From: a virus
Lineage: Duplodnaviria > Caudoviricetes
Length of the DNA stretch: 60,291 bases
Strand: one strand, 5' to 3'
Virus record (IMG/VR): IMGVR_UViG_3300045931_000347
Span: 1-60,291 of that record
Shown here: positions 36,905-45,500 of the stretch, piece by piece
Layout: the number at the start of each line of letters is the position of its first letter
Numbering within the stretch: the first letter of the stretch is position 1
Notes under the pieces: model-generated
Seen by the model: the letters and a program-made list of their open reading frames with translations, nothing else
Told to the model about the DNA's origin: nothing
The model's database searches: none
Position numbers and translations under genes: made by a program

Positions 36905-37114
36905 CTATCCGGCCTTACGCCGCCGGTTGTGCTGCTGCACCGCCTTGCGCACCGCGGCCTCGGACACCCCGAGCGCCGCCGCCACAGCCTTGGCCGGCTC
37001 CTGGCGGGTCGCCTCGTACACAGCCTCGTCGGCAAGGGCGGCAGCGAGGGCGGACAGGGCGCTCAGGTCGGACGCCAGCTTGCGGGCAGTCGCGGCGCGG
37101 GTCACGTCGATCAC
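36905..37114 (-). CDS. Small HTH DNA-binding protein
   Basis: AKAVAAALGVSEAAVRKAV; GTG overlaps upstream stop. Confidence 0.65.
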   Translation of the reverse strand: MIDVTRAATARKLASDLSALSALAAALADEAVYEATRQEPAKAVAAALGVSEAAVRKAVQQHNRRRKAG

Positions 37115-37317
37115 GGCCGCCGACACAGGTCGCCGAGGTGGTAGAGCCAGTAGTCGCCGTTGGCGTCCTCGTCGCCCCATGCGTCGTGCTCAAGGCAGCC
37201 TTCGGTCCCGCACTCGTGCGGGACGATCTCGCTTGACCAGCACGACGGGCACCCGGAGTTGCCGACGACATGTCCGTCGGACTCGTCTCCGAAGCTGAAG
37301 GTCTCGGCCACGAGCAC
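37111..37317 (-). CDS. Small Cys-rich hypothetical protein
   Basis: GGGGAG RBS; CPSC and C..GC motifs. Confidence 0.5.
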   Translation of the reverse strand: MLVAETFSFGDESDGHVVGNSGCPSCWSSEIVPHECGTEGCLEHDAWGDEDANGDYWLYHLGDLCRRP

Positions 37318-37391
37318 GACGATACTCCCCCGTCGCGAACTGTCCGATCATCCGACGGCGTTTCGTCCTTCGATCTGCCACCCTCGGCGCC

Positions 37392-37763
37392 ATGACGCAG
37401 CCCCAGCCCCAGTTGATCGTCAAGCCCGGCGGACTGACCACCGGCGAGCACCTGGTGCACATCCTCGTCGTGCTGGTCACCTGCGGGCTGTGGATCCCCG
37501 GCTACATCTACTTCGCGGTCAAGGCACCCAAGGCCCGCTACGAGGTGGCGATCCCGTACGGTGCGGATCCGGCCGCGGTTCAGGCGCTCTACGCCCAGGT
37601 CGCCGCCATGAACGCGGCCCCGCAGGTGCAGCCGGACACCCGCACCCCCGAGGAGCGCAAGGCCCAGCACCGCCAGTCCATCCAGATCGCGGTCATCGTC
37701 ACCCTCGGCGTGCTCGCGGTGCTCGCTCTCGTGGTCGCCAACTCCTGGCTGAGCAACCACTAG
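37392..37763 (+). CDS. Membrane protein
   Basis: HLVHILVVLVTCGLW.P.Y motif and C-terminal TM. Confidence 0.65.
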   Translation: MTQPQPQLIVKPGGLTTGEHLVHILVVLVTCGLWIPGYIYFAVKAPKARYEVAIPYGADPAAVQALYAQVAAMNAAPQVQPDTRTPEERKAQHRQSIQIAVIVTLGVLAVLALVVANSWLSNH

Positions 37764-37906
37764 AGTCCGGCGCGGTCCAGCGCCTGGTCCATGTCCTGTC
37801 GTCCGCATGCCACCCGCAGCTCCAACACGAGATCGCCGGTGAGGTTCGTGGCGCGGGAGCGCAGCAGCTCCACCAGCGTGCGGTGGCGCGGGTTGAGCCG
37901 GAACAT
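37760..37906 (-). CDS. Small hypothetical protein
   Basis: GGGAGG RBS before MFRLNPR. Confidence 0.4.
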   Translation of the reverse strand: MFRLNPRHRTLVELLRSRATNLTGDLVLELRVACGRQDMDQALDRAGL

Positions 37907-38121
37907 GTCGCCTCCCTGGCGGTGCGACGGGCGCCCCCCTTCCCGCCGCACCGAGTCCTAGGACCGGGCACGCCACGCAGGGGTGGCGCACCCGGGTGTC
38001 CTTCGGTGTCTAGCCAGGGACACCCGCTAAGCTTAACCGGCATTGCGCGTAATGCAAGCCATGCTCTTGAAGTGGGGAGGTGAACGTGGTGAGATCGTCC
38101 GGTCTAGCCAGGAGCGAGTCC

Positions 38122-38364
38122 ATGTCCGAACCGTTCTACCGGCGTATCCGCGCCGACATCCAGGCCCGCATCGCCAGCGGCGAGTGGCCGCCGGGCACCC
38201 AACTGCCCTCGACCCGGGAGCTGGTCGCGTACTACCGGGACAAGTTCGGCTCCCGCACCCTGGCCCACTCGACCGTCCGCCACACCATCTCCCTGATGAT
38301 CGAGCGTGGTGAGTTGCGGGGACAGCAGGGTATCGGGGTGTTCGTGGAGGGAGGGGGCGCGTGA
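38122..38364 (+). CDS. GntR-family winged-helix regulator
   Basis: YRRIRADI..RI.SGEW.PG..LPS.REL..TVR..G.GVFV. Confidence 0.88.
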   Translation: MSEPFYRRIRADIQARIASGEWPPGTQLPSTRELVAYYRDKFGSRTLAHSTVRHTISLMIERGELRGQQGIGVFVEGGGA

Positions 38365-38807
38365 GCGATCTCGTGGAGTGGCTGAGGGCGCGACTCGACG
38401 AGGACGAGGCGACCGCCCGCGCCGCGGCCGGTGACGTCTACATCGACGACACGGGCGCGCGCTGGTCGCGTCCCGACCCGGAGTACCGGCCCGGGCGTAT
38501 CGTGGACGCCGCCGGCTGTGTGATCACGTACGACGAGGGCAGCCCGGCTGATTCGGAGGCCGAGCACATCGCCCGCTGGGATCCCGCCCGCGTTCTGTCC
38601 GAGGTAGCGGCCCGACGTGCGACTCTCGCTCTGCACGTCGCTGACGAAGACTCGATGCCGGACTACCTGTATTGCAGCAGCTGTGGCGGCGGCGGCGTGA
38701 ACGAGTTCCCGACCCACTGGCCGTGCGACACGGTCAAGCTCCTCGCCCTGCCCTACGCCGACCAGCCCGGCTTCGATCCAGCGTGGAGGCTTAACGCGCA
38801 AAGCTAG
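38361..38807 (+). CDS. DUF6221-like protein
   Basis: LVEWLRARLDEDE..HIARWDPARVL.EV..LALPYAD.PGF..W. Confidence 0.75.
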   Translation: MSDLVEWLRARLDEDEATARAAAGDVYIDDTGARWSRPDPEYRPGRIVDAAGCVITYDEGSPADSEAEHIARWDPARVLSEVAARRATLALHVADEDSMPDYLYCSSCGGGGVNEFPTHWPCDTVKLLALPYADQPGFDPAWRLNAQS

Positions 38808-38851
38808 TTAGCCGACCCTCCCGAACCTGTCACCCGATCGCCCGACAATGT

Positions 38852-38885
38852 AGCGCCGCCTGTCGATATTCCGACAGGCGGCGCT
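38852..38885. terminator. Hairpin terminator between convergent genes
   Basis: AGCGCCGCCTGTCG / CGACAGGCGGCGCT 14-bp perfect stem. Confidence 0.75.
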
Positions 38886-38942
38886 TGTGCAATGATCGTC
38901 ACGCACGCGATCAGGCGGTCGCCCGCGAGCGACTCCGGCCAG

Positions 38943-39776
38943 CTACTGACTGGCCGGAGTCCCAAAACCCGGCACCGGAAGAGCCGCCACGGCGGCGGCC
39001 CGCTGCGACCCGGTGATGAGGGTGTAGCCCACGGTCGAGGTGATGCTGGAGTGGCGCATGAGCTCCTGGGTCACCCGGATGTCGCCGCCCAAGGCCTGGG
39101 CGAGAGTGCCGAAGCGGTGTCTTCCCCGGTGCATGTGCACCTCGGTCATGCCGACCTTGTTGAGGTGGTAGCGGGCGGTCACCGAGATCCAGTGCCCGGA
39201 CACCGGCTCTCCCCGGCGGTTGGTGACCAGCAGCCCGGACGGACGCTGCGCCACCCACTGCCAGACGAACGGGTGGGTCGGCACGGTGCCGGGCCGGCCG
39301 CCCTTACCGCGGGGGATCACCACCATCTCCTCGGTGACGTGTTCCCGCCGACAGGCCGCGATCTCGCTGACGCGCATGCCCTCGAACCCGGCCAGGACCG
39401 CGGCGGTCGCGATCGGCTCCGGTAGCCCGAACATGCGCAGCAGGTCCTCTTCGCTGACCGGATTCGGCAACGGCTTGGGGCGACGTGGTTTGGCGATCGC
39501 GGCACTGGGATCTCCGTCCAGGAACCCGGCGGACGTGGCCCACCGGTAGAACATGGTCAAGTGGTAGTGGTAGGTGGACAGCGTCCACTCCGAGCATTTG
39601 GCGGTCCGCAGGTCGGCCAGCCAGGCCTCCAGCAGCTCGGTCGCGGCGTAGGCCAGGCCGAACGGGAGGCGGTGGTGCAGTTGGCGAAGCACGTAGGCGC
39701 GCTTCTCGATGGTGTGCGTGGAGTAGCCCCCGGCTTGCAGGTGTGCGATGTGGAGGCTGATGAGGTCATCACTCAT
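38943..39776 (-). CDS. int: Tyrosine integrase/recombinase lacking an N-terminal arm-binding domain
   Basis: GMRVSE (R), GKGG (K), HRGRH (HxxR), LMRHS (H), TVGY (Y). Confidence 0.92.
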   Translation of the reverse strand: MSDDLISLHIAHLQAGGYSTHTIEKRAYVLRQLHHRLPFGLAYAATELLEAWLADLRTAKCSEWTLSTYHYHLTMFYRWATSAGFLDGDPSAAIAKPRRPKPLPNPVSEEDLLRMFGLPEPIATAAVLAGFEGMRVSEIAACRREHVTEEMVVIPRGKGGRPGTVPTHPFVWQWVAQRPSGLLVTNRRGEPVSGHWISVTARYHLNKVGMTEVHMHRGRHRFGTLAQALGGDIRVTQELMRHSSITSTVGYTLITGSQRAAAVAALPVPGFGTPASQ

Positions 39777-39819
39777 CCTGCGTAGGTTGTCACGATCGGT
39801 GATCACTCCTAACCCCCGT

Positions 39820-40248
39820 TCACACCGAGATGGGTGAGCGTTGGGTCAGCGACACACCGACGAGCGGGCGGGTCTGACGTACCGCCCGGGTCGGGAGTAG
39901 GTGCCCGAACGATGAAGGGTGTTTGGGGGTCGTCGAGGAGGTCGCCAGCACGCGGGTTGAGCCATACGCACTAGTACGTATCTGGCCCCGGTTCGGCCCG
40001 TGCACGAGCCACAGGAAGTCGCAGCCGACAACCGGTGCGATGGTCATCGAGATGGTGACGAGACGCTTGGGCTCGATGCCGTCGCGCTCCCATCGCCGCC
40101 AGTTCTCTGCTGGTAGGCCGCACTTCTGAGCCGCCTCCTTTACGTTCCAGCCCAGCTTCTGCCGTACGAGGGCGAGCCGGGCGCCGAAGGTCGCGTCCGT
40201 AGGGATCCATCCCGCTGTCTGCTCCTGGAGCACTGCCTCCGTGGTCAT
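39820..40248 (-). CDS. Immunity repressor, XRE-family HTH
   Basis: FGARLALVRQKLGWNVKEAAQKCGL..NWRRWE; divergent from Cro-like gene. Confidence 0.85.
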   Translation of the reverse strand: MTTEAVLQEQTAGWIPTDATFGARLALVRQKLGWNVKEAAQKCGLPAENWRRWERDGIEPKRLVTISMTIAPVVGCDFLWLVHGPNRGQIRTSAYGSTRVLATSSTTPKHPSSFGHLLPTRAVRQTRPLVGVSLTQRSPISV

Positions 40249-40340
40249 GTGCACAGGATACGACGCAATGCACAGGACGCAAGGGTTACACCCACGCACG
40301 ACGCTTGACACCACGCGAGTGGAAGCCTACGGTGCAGTGC
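40249..40340. promoter_or_regulatory. Divergent leaderless promoters of the lysis/lysogeny switch
   Basis: Rightward TTGACA(40305)-N17-TACGGT ending 7 nt before ATG 40341; leftward TTGCGT-N16-TATCCT ending 6 nt before ATG 40248; repeated TGCACAGGA and ACGACGC. Confidence 0.75.
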
Positions 40341-40562
40341 ATGGCACCACGGAAGTCTCTCCTCACCGCCGACGAGGTGGTCGAGATGATGTCCGCGGCC
40401 GGCTACGAGGTCTCTGCGGAGACTGTCCGCCGCTGGGGCAGGACCGGCAAGGTCAAGGTCATCCGCATGCCCGGTGGCTTCAAGAAGGCCCGGGTCCGGT
40501 TCCGCCGCACCGAGTTCGAGGCGATCCTGCGGGGCGAGTACGTACCTGAGGCCGTGGCGTGA
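40341..40562 (+). CDS. Cro/excisionase-like HTH protein
   Basis: LLTADEV..VSAETVRRW..GKV..IRMPGG..RFRR. Confidence 0.8.
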   Translation: MAPRKSLLTADEVVEMMSAAGYEVSAETVRRWGRTGKVKVIRMPGGFKKARVRFRRTEFEAILRGEYVPEAVA

Positions 40563-40732
40563 ACACGGGCTGCCCGATCTGTGGCTTCGACTACGCCGGT
40601 TGGTCACTCTTCGGCCAGATGGGTCACCTCGTCGGCGACCACACGTGGTGGCAACGTTGCGTGCTCAGGTGGCGCACCCGTACCTACCTCAAGGACCTGT
40701 TGATCAACCGTAAGTACGGTGCCCGGCCGTGA
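40559..40732 (+). CDS. Small hypothetical protein (CPIC..H..H)
   Basis: GTGA coupling on both sides. Confidence 0.45.
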   Translation: MNTGCPICGFDYAGWSLFGQMGHLVGDHTWWQRCVLRWRTRTYLKDLLINRKYGARP

Positions 40733-40923
40733 GCGCCCGCAAGGTCATGCGTGGCCGCGGTGCCGGGCTCGGCCCGGGCCGTCGTCCACGCCGGCGCTCC
40801 GGCGGCGGCGGCAAGAAGGGCGGCGGGATCTCCTGCCCCTTCTCGTTGCCCTCCATCCCTGTAGCCCTGGCCCGTGGGGTCTTGGCCGCGTGGACGATCC
40901 GCTCTTTGGAGGCGTCCCGATGA
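40729..40923 (+). CDS. Small basic hypothetical protein
   Basis: Coupled ORF. Confidence 0.4.
   Translation: MSARKVMRGRGAGLGPGRRPRRRSGGGGKKGGGISCPFSLPSIPVALARGVLAAWTIRSLEASR
40881..40905 (+). repeat. 25-bp direct repeat, left copy (right copy 41542-41566)
   Basis: CTTGGCCGCGTGGACGATCCGCTCT flanks the exonuclease gene. Confidence 0.9.
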
Positions 40924-41537
40924 CGCTCGTCTTTCTCGACACCGAGACCACCGGCCTCGCCGACGACTGCGACGTGTGGGAGATCGGCCTCATCGTCCGC
41001 ACCGACCGCCCGGAGGACGTGGACGACGCGCTTGGTGACATGGCCAGCCACATCGACACCGAGCACTGCTGGCGGGTCCGGCCCGACCTGTTCACCGCCG
41101 AACCGACCGGCCTGCGCATCGGCCGCTACTACGAGCGGATGGGCCACGTCGCCGATCGTCCGGTTGGATACGCCTACACGGTCACCTGCCCCGACGACGG
41201 CATCCTCTACCCCGAGGAGCGACACACCGACTCCACCACTGTCGCCGCTCGCGTGGCCCGCATGCTCGACGGCGCCACCATCGTCGGGGCCGTGCCCGAC
41301 TTCGACGACCGTCACCTGCGGCGGTTCCTGCGTAGCAACGGTCATGCCGGCACCTGGCACTACCACCTCGTCGACGTGGAGACCCTCGCCGCCGGGGCGC
41401 TGCGCATGCCGCCGCCGTGGGGCTTCGACAAGCTCCTCGGCGAGTTCGGGCTGACCTACGACGAGGCCGACCGACACACCGCGCTCGGTGACGCCCGCAT
41501 GGTCCGCGACCTCTACGACAAGGTGCTCGGGCGATGA
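40920..41537 (+). CDS. DEDDh 3'-5' exonuclease (DnaQ-like)
   Basis: FLDTETTGL, WEIG, FD, VDV, HTALGDA. Confidence 0.9.
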   Translation: MTLVFLDTETTGLADDCDVWEIGLIVRTDRPEDVDDALGDMASHIDTEHCWRVRPDLFTAEPTGLRIGRYYERMGHVADRPVGYAYTVTCPDDGILYPEERHTDSTTVAARVARMLDGATIVGAVPDFDDRHLRRFLRSNGHAGTWHYHLVDVETLAAGALRMPPPWGFDKLLGEFGLTYDEADRHTALGDARMVRDLYDKVLGR

Positions 41538-41906
41538 AGTCCTTGGCCGCGTGGACGATCCGCTCTCTGGGAGGTGCGGGGTGACGACCCGCCGCCTACC
41601 CGTCTCCTCGGCGCCGCCCTTCCGGCTCGGCCCTCTTGCTGCTGACGGCGAGTACGAAGCGTGGCTTGCCTCCCGCCCTGTCGCCCCGGCAGCGACGGAT
41701 GGTGCGCGCAAGGTCGAGGGGTCCGGGATCGCGCACACCCCCGCCGTCACACCCTCTTCCCTGACGGCGGGGGCCGAACGGCTGTCGGGAGTTGATCCAG
41801 GCCCGGCAGATGGGGCGGCCCCATCCGGGACACACACCGCCGCCCCAGCGCCCACCCCGACCGGGTTGCGAGCGGCCGGGGTGGGCGTAACCCCGGGGGG
41901 TGCGCT

Positions 41907-42311
41907 GTGAGCGACTTGACTTTCCGCGAGGTCAGCGACATCAACCGCAAGCGCTGTGAGCGCTGGCACCCCGGCTTCCCCGACGACGGTAACTGGACCG
42001 GCTCCGACTGGTCCAACGCTATGGCGGGGGAGGCCGGCGAGACCTGCAACGTGGTCAAGAAGCTGCGTCGGATCGAGGCGGGAATGCAACAGGCCGCCGG
42101 GGACACGCGGCCGGACCTGCTCGCCAAACTGGCCACCGAGATCGGTGACACCTTCATCTACCTCGATCTGCTGGCGCAGTACTACGGCCTCGACATCGGT
42201 GGCTGTGTACGGGCCACATTCAACCGCGTCAGCGAACGCGAAGGCTTCCCGGAACGCATCGACCCGACATCCCCCGGCCCGGAGCCCCACAACTACAGGA
42301 GAACCACTTGA
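41907..42311 (+). CDS. MazG-like nucleotide pyrophosphohydrolase
   Basis: GEAGETCNVVKK..LATEIGDTFIYL. Confidence 0.85.
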   Translation: MSDLTFREVSDINRKRCERWHPGFPDDGNWTGSDWSNAMAGEAGETCNVVKKLRRIEAGMQQAAGDTRPDLLAKLATEIGDTFIYLDLLAQYYGLDIGGCVRATFNRVSEREGFPERIDPTSPGPEPHNYRRTT

Positions 42312-42529
42312 AGACGATCAACGAGGTGCCGGAGTCCATCACCCGCGCGGACTACCTCGCTCTCATGGCCGCTGTGGGGTTCGAACCTAAGCGCCTGAAG
42401 AGCCTGCGGTTCGAGCCGTTCGGCATCTACGCCGAGGTCTACCACCGCAACGACGACGGCAAGCAGGTGCTGGACGGTCCTCGTGGTGTGCCAGCGATCC
42501 ACCAGATCTACATCCCCGTCAAGGACTGA
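42308..42529 (+). CDS. Hypothetical protein
   Basis: AGGAG RBS; TTG start. Confidence 0.55.
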   Translation: MKTINEVPESITRADYLALMAAVGFEPKRLKSLRFEPFGIYAEVYHRNDDGKQVLDGPRGVPAIHQIYIPVKD

Positions 42530-42673
42530 CAACTGAATCAACCCGCCGGGTTGCTGCTACGTGCGTAGCCCGGCGGAAGACCCGGATCGGTGAGCGGGGC
42601 ACCGGTTCGGGGACAACGAAACCCCGGGCGGGGGAAGCCCGGGGTTCCAACGAGACCAAGGAAGGTGGTCCTA

Positions 42674-42946
42674 GTGACAGAGAGTACCAAGCGCAGCCCG
42701 GTGCTGAGCGACGAAGACGCCGCGTTGCTTAGCCGCGCGTCGGACTGGCTTTGGGATATCACCGACCCGGACAAGGTCGGCCATGGCGACTACGAGCGCA
42801 CGCTTCTGCGCGTCGAGGTCGCCCGGTCCGTTGCCCAACTGCTCACGGCGATCAGGAACGCCGCCGTGATCGATCCGCTGATCCTCGGCACGGCGCCGTC
42901 GGTGGCGTCGTTCGTCCTGGAGGGCCTGGAGGGCAAGCGGTCATGA
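42674..42946 (+). CDS. Hypothetical protein
   Basis: AAGGAAGG upstream; coupled to next gene. Confidence 0.5.
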   Translation: MTESTKRSPVLSDEDAALLSRASDWLWDITDPDKVGHGDYERTLLRVEVARSVAQLLTAIRNAAVIDPLILGTAPSVASFVLEGLEGKRS

Positions 42947-43314
42947 CCGACCTCGACGACCTCCGCGCCACCACGCTGCAGACGATCGTGGTCCTGCACC
43001 ACGACCAAGGTCTACCCGTCCCACAGGAGGTCCGCTTCCAGGAGATGGACCACCAGACGCTGCCGCTGTGCTCGCTGACACTGACCTTCGACGCCCCCTA
43101 CGCGGTCGATCTGTGGGCCAAGCACATCGGGCTGCGGGACGCCGAGTGGATGGAGGGCGAGCTGCACCGGATCTACCGGGTGGAGCGCTTCGCCTGGCCG
43201 AGGGTGTGCTGGGCCGGGTGGCACTCGGTGCACCTGGTGGCGTTGGTGGCCAAGCCCGAGCTGGTGGCTGCTGCCGCGCTGACGCCCGACTCGCTGCCAG
43301 GAGGTGGGGAGTGA
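42943..43314 (+). CDS. Hypothetical protein
   Basis: Coupled ORF. Confidence 0.55.
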   Translation: MTDLDDLRATTLQTIVVLHHDQGLPVPQEVRFQEMDHQTLPLCSLTLTFDAPYAVDLWAKHIGLRDAEWMEGELHRIYRVERFAWPRVCWAGWHSVHLVALVAKPELVAAAALTPDSLPGGGE

Positions 43315-43604
43315 GCGAGCTGAAGCTGACTCCGGCGCGCAGGGCGCTGCTCCAGGCGATCGACGACGGGGCGGTGACGAAGCACTTCGGCATCTTCCCG
43401 GCGCGGGACTGGATCGACTGGGACCGAGGGCCGGGGTGGAAGGGAACAGGGCGTCGGTACAAGACCGTCACCAAGCCGGCGCATCTCCTGTGGTGTGAGG
43501 GTTGGGTTGAGCTCGTCGAGCCCCCTGTCGGCGCACCGTACAAGTTCTCGCGGAAGTTCCGTCTCACCGACGCCGGTCGTGCCGTTCTGGACGGTGCGAA
43601 GTGA
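43311..43604 (+). CDS. Hypothetical protein, winged-helix-like
   Basis: LTPARRALL...RLTDAGRAVL. Confidence 0.6.
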   Translation: MSELKLTPARRALLQAIDDGAVTKHFGIFPARDWIDWDRGPGWKGTGRRYKTVTKPAHLLWCEGWVELVEPPVGAPYKFSRKFRLTDAGRAVLDGAK

Positions 43605-43936
43605 GCGACACCGAGGCCATGGTGCGGCTGATGGAGCACGCGGCCGATCTGCTGCAGGCCGCAGTCGACGCCGAGAAGACCTGGCACGGCGGCGACAAGG
43701 ACTACCAACTCATGCGCAACCGCTCCATCGCCGCGAAGTCCTTCGCCTGCGCGACGCTGCGCATGGTCGCCGCCTCCGTCGCACCCGAGGGCCGCGGGAC
43801 AACCCTCGATCTCGCCGACCGGATCGCCAAGGACTACCCAGTCTGGGCTGAGGAGTCCGACGGCGTCGTCATGACCGACGGGGAGCTGGGCTCAGTGGCG
43901 CGGTTCCTGCGCAGCACACTGGACGGCACCCCATGA
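43601..43936 (+). CDS. Hypothetical protein
   Basis: Coupled ORF. Confidence 0.55.
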   Translation: MSDTEAMVRLMEHAADLLQAAVDAEKTWHGGDKDYQLMRNRSIAAKSFACATLRMVAASVAPEGRGTTLDLADRIAKDYPVWAEESDGVVMTDGELGSVARFLRSTLDGTP

Positions 43937-44253
43937 CCCCCGATATTGCGACCCAGGCGGCTGTCAGAGTTCTCCGCGCCTATGTGGCCCAGGTTGACGA
44001 GGTCAACTGTCAGTGGGAGTGGTGCGGTAACCCCCGGCCACATGTGACGGGCAACTGCCTCGGGTTCCCCGACGCGATCGCCGACGAGGCCGACGCGATC
44101 GAAGCTGGCGATGAGGAGTCTCCGCTCTGGAAGCCGATCATCTCTGTTGCCGGGCTCTATGAGCTGTGCTGGACCCAGCCAGTCGACCGCTTCGTCGCCT
44201 GCGACCGAGCCAAAGACCACAAGGGCAAGCACTCCTGGGAGTTGCCGTCATGA
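43933..44253 (+). CDS. Hypothetical protein with Cys/His motifs
   Basis: Coupled; C..ACDR.KDH.G.H. Confidence 0.55.
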   Translation: MTPDIATQAAVRVLRAYVAQVDEVNCQWEWCGNPRPHVTGNCLGFPDAIADEADAIEAGDEESPLWKPIISVAGLYELCWTQPVDRFVACDRAKDHKGKHSWELPS

Positions 44254-44378
44254 GCCCCTTCACCCGTGGTGTCCTCGCTCTGGCCGCCGCTGGCTGTGCC
44301 GGCCTGATCACCCTGTTTCTCTTCGGCATCATCGCCGCCGCCATCGCGGCGAGCACCGGAAAGAAGGTCGACAAGTGA
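44250..44378 (+). CDS. Small membrane protein
   Basis: Single TM; coupled. Confidence 0.45.
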   Translation: MSPFTRGVLALAAAGCAGLITLFLFGIIAAAIAASTGKKVDK

Positions 44379-44656
44379 GCGAACTGACCGAGATCGACAT
44401 TCGACTGCACGCGCTGAACTTGGCCGTGGCACAGCGGCGCGAGGTCTTCCGCCTCAATCTGAGCGAGTTCAAGCGTAAGGACGACGACCCTGACAGCCTG
44501 GAGCGGAAGGAAGATGGCTGGCTCGCCCGAGAGACCCTGACTGACGCACGTCTCTACGCCGAGTGGCTCACGAATGGCGACGTGCCGGTTGAGACGCCGG
44601 AACAGTCGGCCACCATCATAGACGTCGGCCTCGAACGGATGGGCGTGAGGCCATGA
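44375..44656 (+). CDS. Hypothetical protein
   Basis: Coupled ORF. Confidence 0.55.
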   Translation: MSELTEIDIRLHALNLAVAQRREVFRLNLSEFKRKDDDPDSLERKEDGWLARETLTDARLYAEWLTNGDVPVETPEQSATIIDVGLERMGVRP

Positions 44657-45111
44657 TCCCCGTCTACCTCTACCTCGTGGGCTCCGGCCTGGTCGGCTTC
44701 GGCTTCTGGATCGGCCGGGTGTCGGGCCGTTCCGCCGAGCGACACGACCGCGAGTCCATCCTCGGTGACGTGGAGCGCATCCGCGCCGCGTACGCGATCG
44801 CGGCGCTGCCGGCGCAGCAGGGAACCCTGGCCGAGAACCGGCTGGAGCTGACCGCCACCCCGCACGTGCCGCAGGTGGAGGAGTCCTGGCCGCTGCTGTG
44901 GCGGGTGCTCTGGCCCGTCCTGCTCTTCGCTGCGCACTTCTGGTGGACCCCCGTGGGTGTCGGGCTGGATCGGGCGGCTGTGTGGCTGTGGGGCTTCCTG
45001 GGCCGCCGGGAGCGGCATTGGTGGAACGACTACAACACCGGCGCGCACCGGCTGGTCACACCGGAGCAGCAGCGGCGGGAGTGGGTCGGGGAGTTGGTGG
45101 GGACGACGTGA
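44653..45111 (+). CDS. Membrane protein
   Basis: N-terminal TM; Trp-rich segment. Confidence 0.55.
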   Translation: MIPVYLYLVGSGLVGFGFWIGRVSGRSAERHDRESILGDVERIRAAYAIAALPAQQGTLAENRLELTATPHVPQVEESWPLLWRVLWPVLLFAAHFWWTPVGVGLDRAAVWLWGFLGRRERHWWNDYNTGAHRLVTPEQQRREWVGELVGTT

Positions 45112-45416
45112 GCGACTTTGTCGAGATCACGATCCGGCTTCCTGCCGTAGCGGCATACGGGCCACCCGATGAGATCAGCGTCCCTGCAATGTCCTGTCGC
45201 CGCTGCCGTAAAGACTTCGACGACGGTGAGCGGATCGCCAAGTTCGACCGCTCCTGGTTCTGCCTTGACTGTCTCAACAGCAGCGACTGGCTGACCCGGC
45301 TGAATTGGTGCGCGATCGCCGACCACATCGCCGAGCGACCCAGCCAGCAGACCGCTGCCACGATTAAGGCCACGCTGCAGAACCTCGCAGCCATGGCGAG
45401 AGGGCAGTGGCGATGA
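45108..45416 (+). CDS. Zinc-finger-like hypothetical protein
   Basis: CRRC..FCLDC. Confidence 0.55.
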   Translation: MSDFVEITIRLPAVAAYGPPDEISVPAMSCRRCRKDFDDGERIAKFDRSWFCLDCLNSSDWLTRLNWCAIADHIAERPSQQTAATIKATLQNLAAMARGQWR

Positions 45417-45500
45417 CCGACGAACCCTGCGGCTGCACCCCCACCCAGGAATGTGACCGGCACTACCTGGACGACGACGCTCGGTTCGAGCGGAGTCAAG

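Noticed and set aside
41488-41910. 140-aa ORF between exonuclease and MazG genes
   Set aside because: Low-complexity P/A/G translation without motifs; may be non-coding or a short peptide.
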